From positions 1-40,193 of the IMG/VR virus record IMGVR_UViG_3300012041_000041: a stretch of DNA of 40,193 bases, one strand, 5' to 3'. The notes beneath the pieces were generated by a model. The model was not told the DNA's origin and did no database searches. It worked only from the letters and a program-made list of their open reading frames with translations. This document shows positions 1-7,943 of the stretch, in pieces (the first letter of the stretch is position 1; the number at the start of each line of letters is the position of its first letter). A program made the position numbers and the translations under genes. This stretch comes from a virus. Its lineage: Duplodnaviria; Caudoviricetes.

Positions 1-14
1 TACTAAATTATCAA
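1..14. repeat. Terminal direct repeat TACTAAATTATCAA (circular overlap)
   Basis: Identical to 40180-40193; joining the ends gives a continuous reading frame. Confidence 0.9.
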
Positions 15-178
15 TTGCTAGTGGTGCAACATCAGGTTTAGGATTTACAGCAGATAGCGGAACAGAAACGGCATTAAGTGATTATATAAGTGTTGATTGT
101 GATTCAGTAAGCACAACAGCTCCGATAGATGCTTATATAGAGTTATTTATGATGCCATTAAATAATCAATATTTATAA
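1..178 (+). CDS. C-terminal part of the tail fibre that starts at 37790 and wraps the junction
   Basis: Frame starting at position 2 reads TKLSIASGATSG...PLNNQYL* with TAA 176-178 overlapping the next ATG (TAATG); same frame as the ORF open at the window end. Confidence 0.85.
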   Translation, partial: TKLSIASGATSGLGFTADSGTETALSDYISVDCDSVSTTAPIDAYIELFMMPLNNQYL

Positions 179-891
179 TGGGATTAGGAGAACTACCACC
201 ATCGGGAAATTATAGAGGTTATTATCATCTTGATACGGATGGTACAGACTCAAGTGGTCGTGGGAATAATCTAATAAACATAAGTAATTTCTGCACTTTT
301 GATACAGGAAAATTCGGAGGCGCTGTGAGTACTGGAACATCAGGGACAAGCAAAGGGATGACATCTAGCTCAACAAATATCATGAGTGGAGTGAAACCAG
401 CAAACTGCTCCGTTTCTTTATGGATGAAATTTAATAGCGTAGCTAACAAAGCATCTAGCGTAATTTGGTCAATTGACACTAATGGACTTGCAACAGGAAG
501 CACATTTATTTTCTTATATGCAATAACGGCTGGAGTTTTAACGGTTACGGCTCAGCAGGTACTTTCAACAACAGCTGCAACAGTAGCTTATGTATTTCCT
601 TCTTTACCTAGCACGAGCGACTGGATAAATTTTGTCATTACAAAAAACGCATCTACAACAGTTCAAATAAATATTAACGGAATTAGAGTTGCTACAAATA
701 CTGGAGCAGGAACAGAAGTAGGATTAACAACTGGGTCTCACAGGTTTATTTTAGGCAATGGAAGGACGGCAGCACAGCAAACATTTGCAACCTATGATGA
801 ACTAATAGTAGAAGAAAGAGTCTGGAGCGATTCAGAAATAAGAAAATATTACACACAATCAAAAGGAAGATTTCAAACGGTTAACGGATAA
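178..891 (+). CDS. LamG/concanavalin A-like lectin domain tail protein
   Basis: YYHLD..DSSGRGN, GKFGGA, SVSLWMK, W..FVIT...ININGI, YDELIVEERVWSDSEI pattern typical of LamG folds. Confidence 0.8.
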   Translation: MGLGELPPSGNYRGYYHLDTDGTDSSGRGNNLINISNFCTFDTGKFGGAVSTGTSGTSKGMTSSSTNIMSGVKPANCSVSLWMKFNSVANKASSVIWSIDTNGLATGSTFIFLYAITAGVLTVTAQQVLSTTAATVAYVFPSLPSTSDWINFVITKNASTTVQININGIRVATNTGAGTEVGLTTGSHRFILGNGRTAAQQTFATYDELIVEERVWSDSEIRKYYTQSKGRFQTVNG

Positions 892-902
892 AATAAAGTA
901 AA

Positions 903-1700
903 ATGCCAATAAATAACATAAATAACGGGGACTCAGGATTATCAGTAAGAGGAATTATAAACTCAGTAATTGATTTTATAAACAACATAACTAAATCAGA
1001 CGTTGGATTGGGTAACGTAGATAATACAAGCGATGCAAACAAGCCAGTAAGCACAGCAACACAAACGGCTTTAAATGCAAAACAAGATACAATAACAAAT
1101 ACAGATAGTATAACTGAGGGTTCAACAAACTTGTTTTTTACAGCAGCTAGGTCAGTGGGATCAGCTCTAACAGGTTTTGCAACAGCCGTAGTAAGTGCAA
1201 GCATATTAGCAACCGATACTATTTTAGTGGCTTTGGGTAAGATTCAAAAATTCATGGATGATAATATTCCATCTACAATGATCTCTATTTCAAGCGATCA
1301 ACCAACTACATCAGGCACAGCGGTTGATATTACAGACCTTGTTTTCCCTGTTGCTGCCAATAAAAAATATTTTATTCGTGGCGGCTTACACGTTGGATCA
1401 ACTACTGGCGGTTTTAAATTCGCTACTGTTCTTCCATCAGGTGCTACAATGTTTATAGAGGTTATTACAAGAAACACAGTAGGTACGACCATAGTTTGGG
1501 GACCTATGGAGACGTCAGGACTTTTAAGTGGTGCAGTTTCTGCTTCTGCCTCTTCTAATGCTTATGTTCTTTTTATGGGTACGGTAACTGTTGGATCAAC
1601 GGCTGGAAATGTACAGTTTCAAATGGCATCTGCTGTTGCAGGACAAACAACAACCGTTTATTCAGAAGGATCAGCAATTGAAATAATTCCTTTATCGTAG
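903..1700 (+). CDS. Tail fibre/minor tail protein
   Basis: TKSDVGLGNVDNTSDANKPVSTATQTAL and TDSITEGSTNLFFT motifs common in phage fibres; beta-rich C-terminus. Confidence 0.75.
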   Translation: MPINNINNGDSGLSVRGIINSVIDFINNITKSDVGLGNVDNTSDANKPVSTATQTALNAKQDTITNTDSITEGSTNLFFTAARSVGSALTGFATAVVSASILATDTILVALGKIQKFMDDNIPSTMISISSDQPTTSGTAVDITDLVFPVAANKKYFIRGGLHVGSTTGGFKFATVLPSGATMFIEVITRNTVGTTIVWGPMETSGLLSGAVSASASSNAYVLFMGTVTVGSTAGNVQFQMASAVAGQTTTVYSEGSAIEIIPLS

Positions 1701-1704
1701 TATT

Positions 1705-2517
1705 ATGCTATACAGAATAAAACCTAGAGTAACGGTAGATTGCGTTTTAATGTTTGGGCAATCTAATATAACGGGAGCAGATGATGCTGCTCCAGATTCT
1801 TCATATTTAGGGGTTCAACCGCATACAAAAATTCTATATAAAAATGGTGGTACTTTTTCATCAGACATAAACTGCTTATGGCAAAGCTATATTTTTGGTG
1901 TAAACAATTACATCTCTGGTTCTGCTTCTTGGGTTGGTGCAGATGTATCACTTGGTAAAACTTATTATGATTTAACAGGTCGTGATTTATGGATAATTAA
2001 ATATGGTTACGGTGGTTCGAATTTAGTTGATGTGGGTGTATCAAGTCCGAATGGAATTTGGCAATGGGATGCAAATTTAGCAAACTGTAACGGGTTGCCT
2101 CACTATACTAATGTCAGGGATGGTTTTTTATTTCCTGCTATTTCAAGAGCTAAAGCAAATGGAATAGATTTAAATATAAAGGGTTTGGATTGGATGCAAG
2201 GGGAGTCTGAAGCATTGGGAGGTACAGGTTATTTAACGTATGAAACTACATTGATTTCATTAATAGATAAGTTTGTTTCTGATTTAACTCCTTTAGGTGT
2301 TTTATCTTCAACTTTTAAACCTATTATAAGCAGGATTAATGGACCAGGTCGTATATATAGAACAGAGATAAGAACAGCCTTGGTTAATGTAGCTAATCAT
2401 TATTCGGCACCTTGGATAGATAATGATTCTTATGGTTTATATGATTCCGTTCACTATAACACAGCTGGGCAAGTACAACGAGGAATAGACATTGCAACAA
2501 TTTTAGCATCATTATAA
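1705..2517 (+). CDS. SGNH/SASA-family carbohydrate acetylesterase (CE6-like), probably virion-associated
   Basis: GQSN, WMQGESE and D-S-V-H catalytic motifs. Confidence 0.8.
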   Translation: MLYRIKPRVTVDCVLMFGQSNITGADDAAPDSSYLGVQPHTKILYKNGGTFSSDINCLWQSYIFGVNNYISGSASWVGADVSLGKTYYDLTGRDLWIIKYGYGGSNLVDVGVSSPNGIWQWDANLANCNGLPHYTNVRDGFLFPAISRAKANGIDLNIKGLDWMQGESEALGGTGYLTYETTLISLIDKFVSDLTPLGVLSSTFKPIISRINGPGRIYRTEIRTALVNVANHYSAPWIDNDSYGLYDSVHYNTAGQVQRGIDIATILASL

Positions 2518-2572
2518 TTTGTATATTTAGGCAACTCTAAAAAATAACTTAGTCAAACCTAAAAAAAGAAAC

Positions 2573-2767
2573 ATGAAAGCACAAATAGAAATTACAGAAA
2601 CAGAAGCAAACCAATTAAACTTCTTACTAGACATTGCATTAAAGACAAAGGGAGTAGAAGTAATGGGAAACGTAAGTTATTTTTTAAATAAAATAAACGC
2701 TCCTTTTGTAAAGGTAGAAGATAATACAAGTGTAGATAACATAGTAATTAAAGACGAAACAAAATGA
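2573..2767 (+). CDS. Small hypothetical protein (possible fibre chaperone)
   Basis: ORF track; position after fibre genes. Confidence 0.55.
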   Translation: MKAQIEITETEANQLNFLLDIALKTKGVEVMGNVSYFLNKINAPFVKVEDNTSVDNIVIKDETK

Positions 2768-3066
2768 AAAACGTAATATTCTACTCTATGTATAACGTCC
2801 TATTTGCTTTAATGCTAGGTTTCTGTTTATACTATTCTATTTATACGATTCTAACAAAAAGAAGTCCAGAGCATAACACAGTATTTAATGAGATAGATCC
2901 ATACTCAACAATTAAGGGAGATAATAATTTCAGTATGTTTTTTAACCAAGACTGGTTAGAAAATAAAAACAACGTAAATAGTATAATAGAAAAACAAAAC
3001 ATAATAACAGGCAAAGTAATTACAACAAAAAAAGAAATAGAAAATAATAAAACCGTTAAATTTTAA
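2764..3066 (+). CDS. Hypothetical protein with N-terminal TM helix
   Basis: Overlaps the preceding ORF stop; hydrophobic residues about 5-31. Confidence 0.55.
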   Translation: MKNVIFYSMYNVLFALMLGFCLYYSIYTILTKRSPEHNTVFNEIDPYSTIKGDNNFSMFFNQDWLENKNNVNSIIEKQNIITGKVITTKKEIENNKTVKF

Positions 3067-3071
3067 AGATT

Positions 3072-3398
3072 ATGAGTGAGCAACCCGATTTAGTAAAAAA
3101 ATTACCAATTATTAAAGATTTAACTTATTTGATTGGGTCTGCGCTAGTAACGCTTGGTGTGTTCTTTGGTTTTTATTACGACAATGCTAATTTTAAGAAA
3201 AACACTCAGATTGAGTTTATGGAAATAAAGAGAGTTCAAAATGTCCATACGGATCAAATCAATAAGGGAATATTAGAGCAGGGGATTATTTCAACTGAAT
3301 TGAAAAACACGAATAAAAAGATGGATGAGTTTGATAGGAAGCAGGATAAAACGATTGATTTGTTGAATCAAATATTAATGCGTCAAAAAGAAAAATAA
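3072..3398 (+). CDS. Putative holin/antiholin-like membrane protein (1 TM plus coiled coil)
   Basis: TM LIGSALVTLGVFFGFYY; directly upstream of endolysin. Confidence 0.5.
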   Translation: MSEQPDLVKKLPIIKDLTYLIGSALVTLGVFFGFYYDNANFKKNTQIEFMEIKRVQNVHTDQINKGILEQGIISTELKNTNKKMDEFDRKQDKTIDLLNQILMRQKEK

Positions 3399-3403
3399 AC
3401 TAA

Positions 3404-3895
3404 ATGGATAAAGTTACTTTAGATAGAATACAGTTATTGCATCCTAGATTAAGAGAAGAGGCTTTATCTATTTATAATGAGATATGCGATGCTTTAAGAG
3501 GTAAGGCAATGTGTAGGTTCTCTCACACGTTAAGAACGTTTGCGGAACAGGACGCATTGTTTTACGCAAAGCCTCAAGTAACTAAAGCAAAGGGAGGGCA
3601 ATCGTACCACAATTACGGGCTAGCCATTGACATAGTTTTAATATTGGATAAGGATGGAAACGGCACTTTTGAAAGTGCTTCGTGGGACGTTAAATTAGAT
3701 CATGACGGGGACGGTCAAAGCGATTGGATGGAAGTGGTAGCCATATTTAAACGATACGGATGGGATGCTGGTATAGATTGGAAATTTTACGATGCGCCTC
3801 ATTTCCAAAAGACATTAGGACATTCCATAGTTGACTTAAAAAAGAGATGGGACGACAATAGATTTATTCCAAACACAAATTACATATTAATATAA
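3404..3895 (+). CDS. Endolysin, M15 family L-Ala-D-Glu peptidase
   Basis: RTFAEQDALF, GQSYHNYGLAID and DAPHFQ zinc peptidase motifs. Confidence 0.9.
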   Translation: MDKVTLDRIQLLHPRLREEALSIYNEICDALRGKAMCRFSHTLRTFAEQDALFYAKPQVTKAKGGQSYHNYGLAIDIVLILDKDGNGTFESASWDVKLDHDGDGQSDWMEVVAIFKRYGWDAGIDWKFYDAPHFQKTLGHSIVDLKKRWDDNRFIPNTNYILI

Positions 3896-4017
3896 TGGCA
3901 AAGGTTAAAAAAGAAGCTGTAAAATCAGTAGTTAAAAAGGTTAAGAAACGAGGGTCTCAAAAAAAGCATCCGAATAAAAAAGAAGATGCAAAAAAGTACG
4001 CAGGGCAAGGAAGGTAA
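3895..4017 (+). CDS. 40-aa basic protein MAKVKKEAVK...KKYAGQGR (below ORF-track cutoff)
   Basis: TAATG coupling with the endolysin stop; Lys-rich with the KKYxGQGR ending seen in small phage proteins. Confidence 0.6.
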   Translation: MAKVKKEAVKSVVKKVKKRGSQKKHPNKKEDAKKYAGQGR

Positions 4018-4113
4018 GAATCTAACTTCATCTTGGTTGCCATTCCCAGAGTCATTAACACCTCGTTATTTCGAGGACTCAATTAGATACTAAAAATTAA
4101 TCGGTGCAAATAT

Positions 4114-4323
4114 ATGAAAAAGATACTTTTAAATAAATACGATAAACTAAAATTAATCGGTCTTTGCATAAAAGGTGCAACGGGAATAATTGGAGGTTCT
4201 TTAATATTAACAGAAACGCATCCTTATTTATCACTTTCAATACTTGCATTGGGTGCAATATCAAACGAAGTAGTTAACTTCATTAAAGACAAAGAAAACG
4301 AGAATGAAACTACAAATCCATGA
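4114..4323 (+). CDS. Putative holin (two hydrophobic segments, charged C-terminus)
   Basis: Hydrophobicity pattern and lysis-module context. Confidence 0.5.
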   Translation: MKKILLNKYDKLKLIGLCIKGATGIIGGSLILTETHPYLSLSILALGAISNEVVNFIKDKENENETTNP

Positions 4324-4636
4324 ACTAATCTATGTTATCATTATTGCTGCTTTACTTATATTCATTTTTAAAAAAGACGTTCCGAAATCGGAGTACGTGG
4401 ATAGATTAAAGTTTCAAAATGACTCAATTATAAAGTCTATGAACCACGATTCAGAGGTTAAGGAGCAAATCTACGAGCATAAGATATATAGCTTAAATAG
4501 GGCTTTAAAAATAAACAATAAGACTGATAGTTTAAATCACTACAAAAATGCAAAAGAGAAAAAACGTGTACTTATTCTTTCTGTTGACGATCGTAAACGT
4601 TTACGCGATTCAATCTTTAGGGCAAACGGTTTATAA
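4304..4636 (+). CDS. Putative inner-membrane spanin (Rz-like)
   Basis: N-terminal TM plus helical periplasmic tail; overlapped by the next ORF. Confidence 0.5.
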   Translation: MKLQIHELIYVIIIAALLIFIFKKDVPKSEYVDRLKFQNDSIIKSMNHDSEVKEQIYEHKIYSLNRALKINNKTDSLNHYKNAKEKKRVLILSVDDRKRLRDSIFRANGL

Positions 4637-4985
4637 AACTGTTCCAGATTCAATGGTTTGCATAACTCCTAGACAGGATATTTTTTTTATTCAACAAACA
4701 TTCGAAGCAAAGGAATATAAAAACTCCTTTGAGACTAATTCAAATACTATTTACGGATTAGAATTAAAGAATAATTATTTAGAAGGTGTTGTTTTTGAAG
4801 GTAAAAAACAATTAAGTTATTCCAAGCTACAGACAGGCAATTGTATAATTGAAAAGCGATATTACTCAGATAACCTAAACAAAGCCACAACTAAAATAAA
4901 GCTGCTTAAAACAGGATTTAATCTAGTTGTAGCTATTGCAATTGCAGAGGCTGCGTATATTGGAGTTAATTATATGATGCGTTAA
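4548..4985 (+). CDS. Putative second spanin-like component (signal peptide plus C-terminal hydrophobic segment)
   Basis: 89-nt overlap with 4304-4636; no clear lipobox. Confidence 0.4.
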   Translation: MQKRKNVYLFFLLTIVNVYAIQSLGQTVYKTVPDSMVCITPRQDIFFIQQTFEAKEYKNSFETNSNTIYGLELKNNYLEGVVFEGKKQLSYSKLQTGNCIIEKRYYSDNLNKATTKIKLLKTGFNLVVAIAIAEAAYIGVNYMMR

Positions 4986-5191
4986 AACGGACAATCATCA
5001 TTATTTTCAATTTCACACTTATAAGCTAGTGATCTAAGTTTAATAAGTCCGTATTTAGTTTTACCACATAAAATAGAAACGCTACCATTATTGTAAACCT
5101 TTTTTGCTAGTTTCCCCTTATAGAAAAACGTTCCGTATAAGTTGCAATAAAGATCATTTACGCCCTTAAATTTATAAACAGTCTCTTTCAT
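4982..5191 (-). CDS. Hypothetical protein, last gene of the leftward arm
   Basis: ORF track; convergent with the lysis module. Confidence 0.6.
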   Translation of the reverse strand: MKETVYKFKGVNDLYCNLYGTFFYKGKLAKKVYNNGSVSILCGKTKYGLIKLRSLAYKCEIENNDDCPF

Positions 5192-5239
5192 GATAAATCT
5201 AATTAAGTGATTGATAATTAAGCTCCTTGCTTAGCACTA

Positions 5240-5266
5240 AATCGCTTCAATCTACGAGTTACAGGT
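5240..5266 (+). repeat. attC-like half site 1 (right arm only, GTTACAGGT at 5258)
   Basis: GTTACAGGT is the exact complement of ACCTGTAAC at 5998; no left arm found. Confidence 0.5.
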
Positions 5267-5306
5267 AATGTTTTTTGCCACCGCACTCCTAAAACTTTCC
5301 AAGTTT

Positions 5307-5942
5307 TTAAAATAACTGTGTTTGGGCTGTGTGGTCATTTATTCGTTTCATTGCCTTTGTATAGTAGTCGGCATCTATTTCACAAGCTGTCAAATCTAAC
5401 TTATAGTTATGGCAAGCAATAGCAATTGATCCACTGCCTAAATGTGTATCTAATATTTTATCGCCTTCTTTAGCATATTTATTCAATAGCCATTCATAAA
5501 GTTTAACTGGTTTTTGTGTTGGATGAATACTGCCTCCATTTTGAGCAATCAAACCCCTATTCAAATTAACTATTCTTGTTGCTCTTTGGAAACTTGTATA
5601 AGCGATTTCACCATCACTCATACTTAAATCCTCTTGTCCTTTATACCAAAAAATCCAACCCATTGTGCCTTTATTCAAATGCTCTACGAAATAATTTGCA
5701 CCCCATATTATTTGATTTTTACTAACTCTTTCCAGCTCCCTAAAATATTCTGCATTAGGGATTTCATTGTCCCAATATTTATGCTCATGTCCTCTCCTTT
5801 TATGTTTTGGATTTTTAGTGAACGTTTCAGTTTGTCCACTTCTATTTATTCCATACGGAGGATCAACAATAGCTAAATCAAAGTATTTATCAGGGTATCT
5901 AGCCATTAACTGCCTATTGTTTTCATTCGTAATCTGTAACAT
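5307..5942 (-). CDS. DNA methyltransferase, N6-adenine/N4-cytosine beta class (cassette A cargo)
   Basis: DPPY, HPTQKP and ILDTHLGSGS motifs; likely start MLQITN at 5942 because the longer 6008 start lies inside the attC-like site. Confidence 0.9.
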   Translation of the reverse strand: MLQITNENNRQLMARYPDKYFDLAIVDPPYGINRSGQTETFTKNPKHKRRGHEHKYWDNEIPNAEYFRELERVSKNQIIWGANYFVEHLNKGTMGWIFWYKGQEDLSMSDGEIAYTSFQRATRIVNLNRGLIAQNGGSIHPTQKPVKLYEWLLNKYAKEGDKILDTHLGSGSIAIACHNYKLDLTACEIDADYYTKAMKRINDHTAQTQLF

Positions 5943-5997
5943 ATCTTTATTATTAATAATTATTAAATCCCACCGCACTCCACCTAAAAAAACACAT

Positions 5998-6067
5998 ACC
6001 TGTAACATTGGCTAAGGGCAAACCACGTACTTTGTTTTCATGCCCCTAGCCAAGTACCGTTAGCTGC
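5998..6067 (+). repeat. attC-like site 2
   Basis: ACCTGTAAC a TTGGCTA aGGGCA ... TGCCCc TAGCCAA gtacc GTTAGCTGC. Confidence 0.75.
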
Positions 6068-6070
6068 AAT

Positions 6071-6238
6071 TTATTTTTTCTTTTTTGCCACCGCACTCTG
6101 TTGCTTTTTCAAAGCAATTATATCTGTACGTGTTAATCCCATGTATTTTAAAACTGAATCAGGCCATTCAACCGTACATATTGTATGTATAACTGAGTCT
6201 TCTAATGTTTTATGTTTCTTTTTTTTCTCTTTCGTCAT
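6071..6238 (-). CDS. 55-aa hypothetical protein (cassette B), not in ORF track
   Basis: MTKEKKKKHK...QQSAVAKKKK*, overlapping the upstream ORF. Confidence 0.4.
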   Translation of the reverse strand: MTKEKKKKHKTLEDSVIHTICTVEWPDSVLKYMGLTRTDIIALKKQQSAVAKKKK

Positions 6239-6353
6239 AAGAATTATGTATTACTATTATTTCATATTCATCAAATATAACTTGTGGGCAACAATCGCAC
6301 GTAGTATTTTCCTCATGCTCTTTTAAATCTCCTATAGGTAATATGTGTACCAT
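6210..6353 (-). CDS. 47-aa His/Cys-containing hypothetical protein (cassette B), not in ORF track
   Basis: MVHILPIGDLKEHEENTTCDCCPQ...IHNSYDERE; TAATG-coupled to 6353-6613. Confidence 0.6.
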   Translation of the reverse strand: MVHILPIGDLKEHEENTTCDCCPQVIFDEYEIIVIHNSYDEREKKET

Positions 6354-6613
6354 TATTCTGGAATTAAGGCATATTCAATTATATCTTTTATCACATCTAC
6401 GCCTTTCCAATCAACAGTATAGCATCCATACAAAACAACTCTGTCTCCTTCATTAAGCTGGATTTCTTTATTAAACATCATATAAACTGTCTCTTCTTCT
6501 TTATCTAAAATAAAACCAAGTTGTTTGTAATGGTTTTCATATAATTCAAAACATTCTGTTAGGGTTCCGTTATCTAAAAATATTTCTTTATTTATTGTAA
6601 ATTTTGTTTTCAT
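6353..6613 (-). CDS. Hypothetical protein (cassette B)
   Basis: ORF track; AT-rich leader. Confidence 0.65.
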   Translation of the reverse strand: MKTKFTINKEIFLDNGTLTECFELYENHYKQLGFILDKEEETVYMMFNKEIQLNEGDRVVLYGCYTVDWKGVDVIKDIIEYALIPE

Positions 6614-6680
6614 CTTTATAAGTTTAATTATTAATAATAAATCCTGCCCACGCCACCTTAAAAAAGTAAAAATAAACAGA

Positions 6681-6814
6681 CAGCTAACACAAGCTAAGGA
6701 AACATGCGGCTGAATCTCTCCGTCTGAGACTTCATCTTATAGTTTGAGGAGTTTCGCCTTTATGGGAGTTCACCAGTACATGCCGCACGTCTCTTAGCTT
6801 GATACCGTTAGCTT
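6681..6814 (+). repeat. attC-like site 3 (long central loop)
   Basis: CAGCTAAC ac AAGCTAAG gaaac ATGCGGC ... GCCGCAC gtct CTTAGCTT gatacc GTTAGCTT. Confidence 0.8.
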
Positions 6815-7137
6815 CAAGTTTTAAAAATTTTGCCGACCCACAAATACAATTGATATAGTTTTCGTTTTATCGGATTTTTAAAATATTTTCTTGTTGCAAA
6901 TTCCTCTAATGTTCCCGTATATTTTTCTATGCAATAAAGTTTTCCATCTTCATTCATAGCCTTCTTGAAATCAGCAACCGCCTCTAAATAACAAGCGTGT
7001 AAATTATCTGAACGTGATACATTATATCGGCTATGAATTTTACCTTTATACATAATTGTATAGCAAAACCCATTTATCGGAAACCCTCTCCATCCGATTA
7101 CTAAAATTGGGCTATCATATCCTTCTTCTATATTCAT
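6814..7137 (-). CDS. Hypothetical protein (cassette C)
   Basis: ORF fills the space between sites 3 and 4; its stop abuts the site 3 core. Confidence 0.7.
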   Translation of the reverse strand: MNIEEGYDSPILVIGWRGFPINGFCYTIMYKGKIHSRYNVSRSDNLHACYLEAVADFKKAMNEDGKLYCIEKYTGTLEEFATRKYFKNPIKRKLYQLYLWVGKIFKT

Positions 7138-7179
7138 AATTTCGTTTTTTAAAGCCCTCCCTAAAATTTTTAAAACCTA

Positions 7180-7277
7180 AAGCTAACATAGGGTTGGCAA
7201 AATGCCGCTTCAGGTTTGGTGCTAAATATTGAGTTTTCGGTTAGCGGCACTATCGCCAACCCTCAGCCGTTAGCGGT
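7180..7277 (+). repeat. attC-like site 4
   Basis: AAGCTAAC at AGGGTTGGC aaaa TGCCGCT ... AGCGGCA ctatc GCCAACCCT cagcc GTTAGCGGT. Confidence 0.8.
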
Positions 7278-7283
7278 AATATT

Positions 7284-7721
7284 TTAACCCTCCGCGCCTG
7301 TGTGTAACAAACTAGGTGTTTCATAAATATTTCCAATAACAACCATGTCTTCTAAATGGTCTTCATTAATCATGTTTATAGGATATTTCCAATCTTTACC
7401 TATTGCCATAAACCAAAAACAGCCTTTAAAATGCTCTACTTTTCTGTAAATACCATTAAAAATACAATGGAGTATATCACCTTCATAAATCTCTTTTAGA
7501 TTTTTGTCTTTCAATCCAGTATATTGCATCAATTCAAATTCAGCATTATCACAAAATCTACCATCCAAAGGAGCTATTACAATCGTTTTGCCATAATCAA
7601 AATCTTCTGTTGGTGTTGTTCCGTATAAAAACGCTCCATGTCTTTTGAAGCTAATTACATCTATGTCGCACATTTTTTCTTCTGCAATGTGCCATGCTCT
7701 AAACTGTATGTCTCTTTTCAT
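7284..7721 (-). CDS. yopX: YopX family protein (cassette D)
   Basis: IQFRAW, LMQYTGLKDKNLKEIYEGDI and VIGNIYETP motifs. Confidence 0.9.
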   Translation of the reverse strand: MKRDIQFRAWHIAEEKMCDIDVISFKRHGAFLYGTTPTEDFDYGKTIVIAPLDGRFCDNAEFELMQYTGLKDKNLKEIYEGDILHCIFNGIYRKVEHFKGCFWFMAIGKDWKYPINMINEDHLEDMVVIGNIYETPSLLHTGAEG

Positions 7722-7795
7722 TTTCCTTTGGTTAAATGTTTATTCTTTCAATTGCTACTCTTCGTTAAAATACTAACCGCCAACATTGGCTAAAA
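7718..7795. repeat. 78-bp direct repeat, copy 1 (gene leader plus left arm of site 5)
   Basis: 77/78 identical to 8189-8266. Confidence 0.95.
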
Positions 7796-7855
7796 GCAAG
7801 CGCACGTACTAACTGCTTATAATGCGCCAGCTTCTAGCCAAAAACCGTTAGAAAG
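7776..7855 (+). repeat. attC-like site 5
   Basis: ACCGCCAAC a TTGGCTA aAAGC aa GCGCA ... TGCGC ca GCTTc TAGCCAA aaacc GTTAGAAAG. Confidence 0.75.
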
Positions 7856-7943
7856 CAAGTTTGCGCCCTCGCGCCTGTGGGTTTAAAAAAATATGTATTT
7901 ATTGTTTTTGTCAAACTTGCCTTTTAAAAATATTTCCCAATAT

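Noticed and set aside
5943-6008. N-terminal extension MLQVCVFLGGVRWD of the MTase
   Set aside because: Translation of the cassette-end repeat and C-rich motif; the family-like sequence starts at 5942
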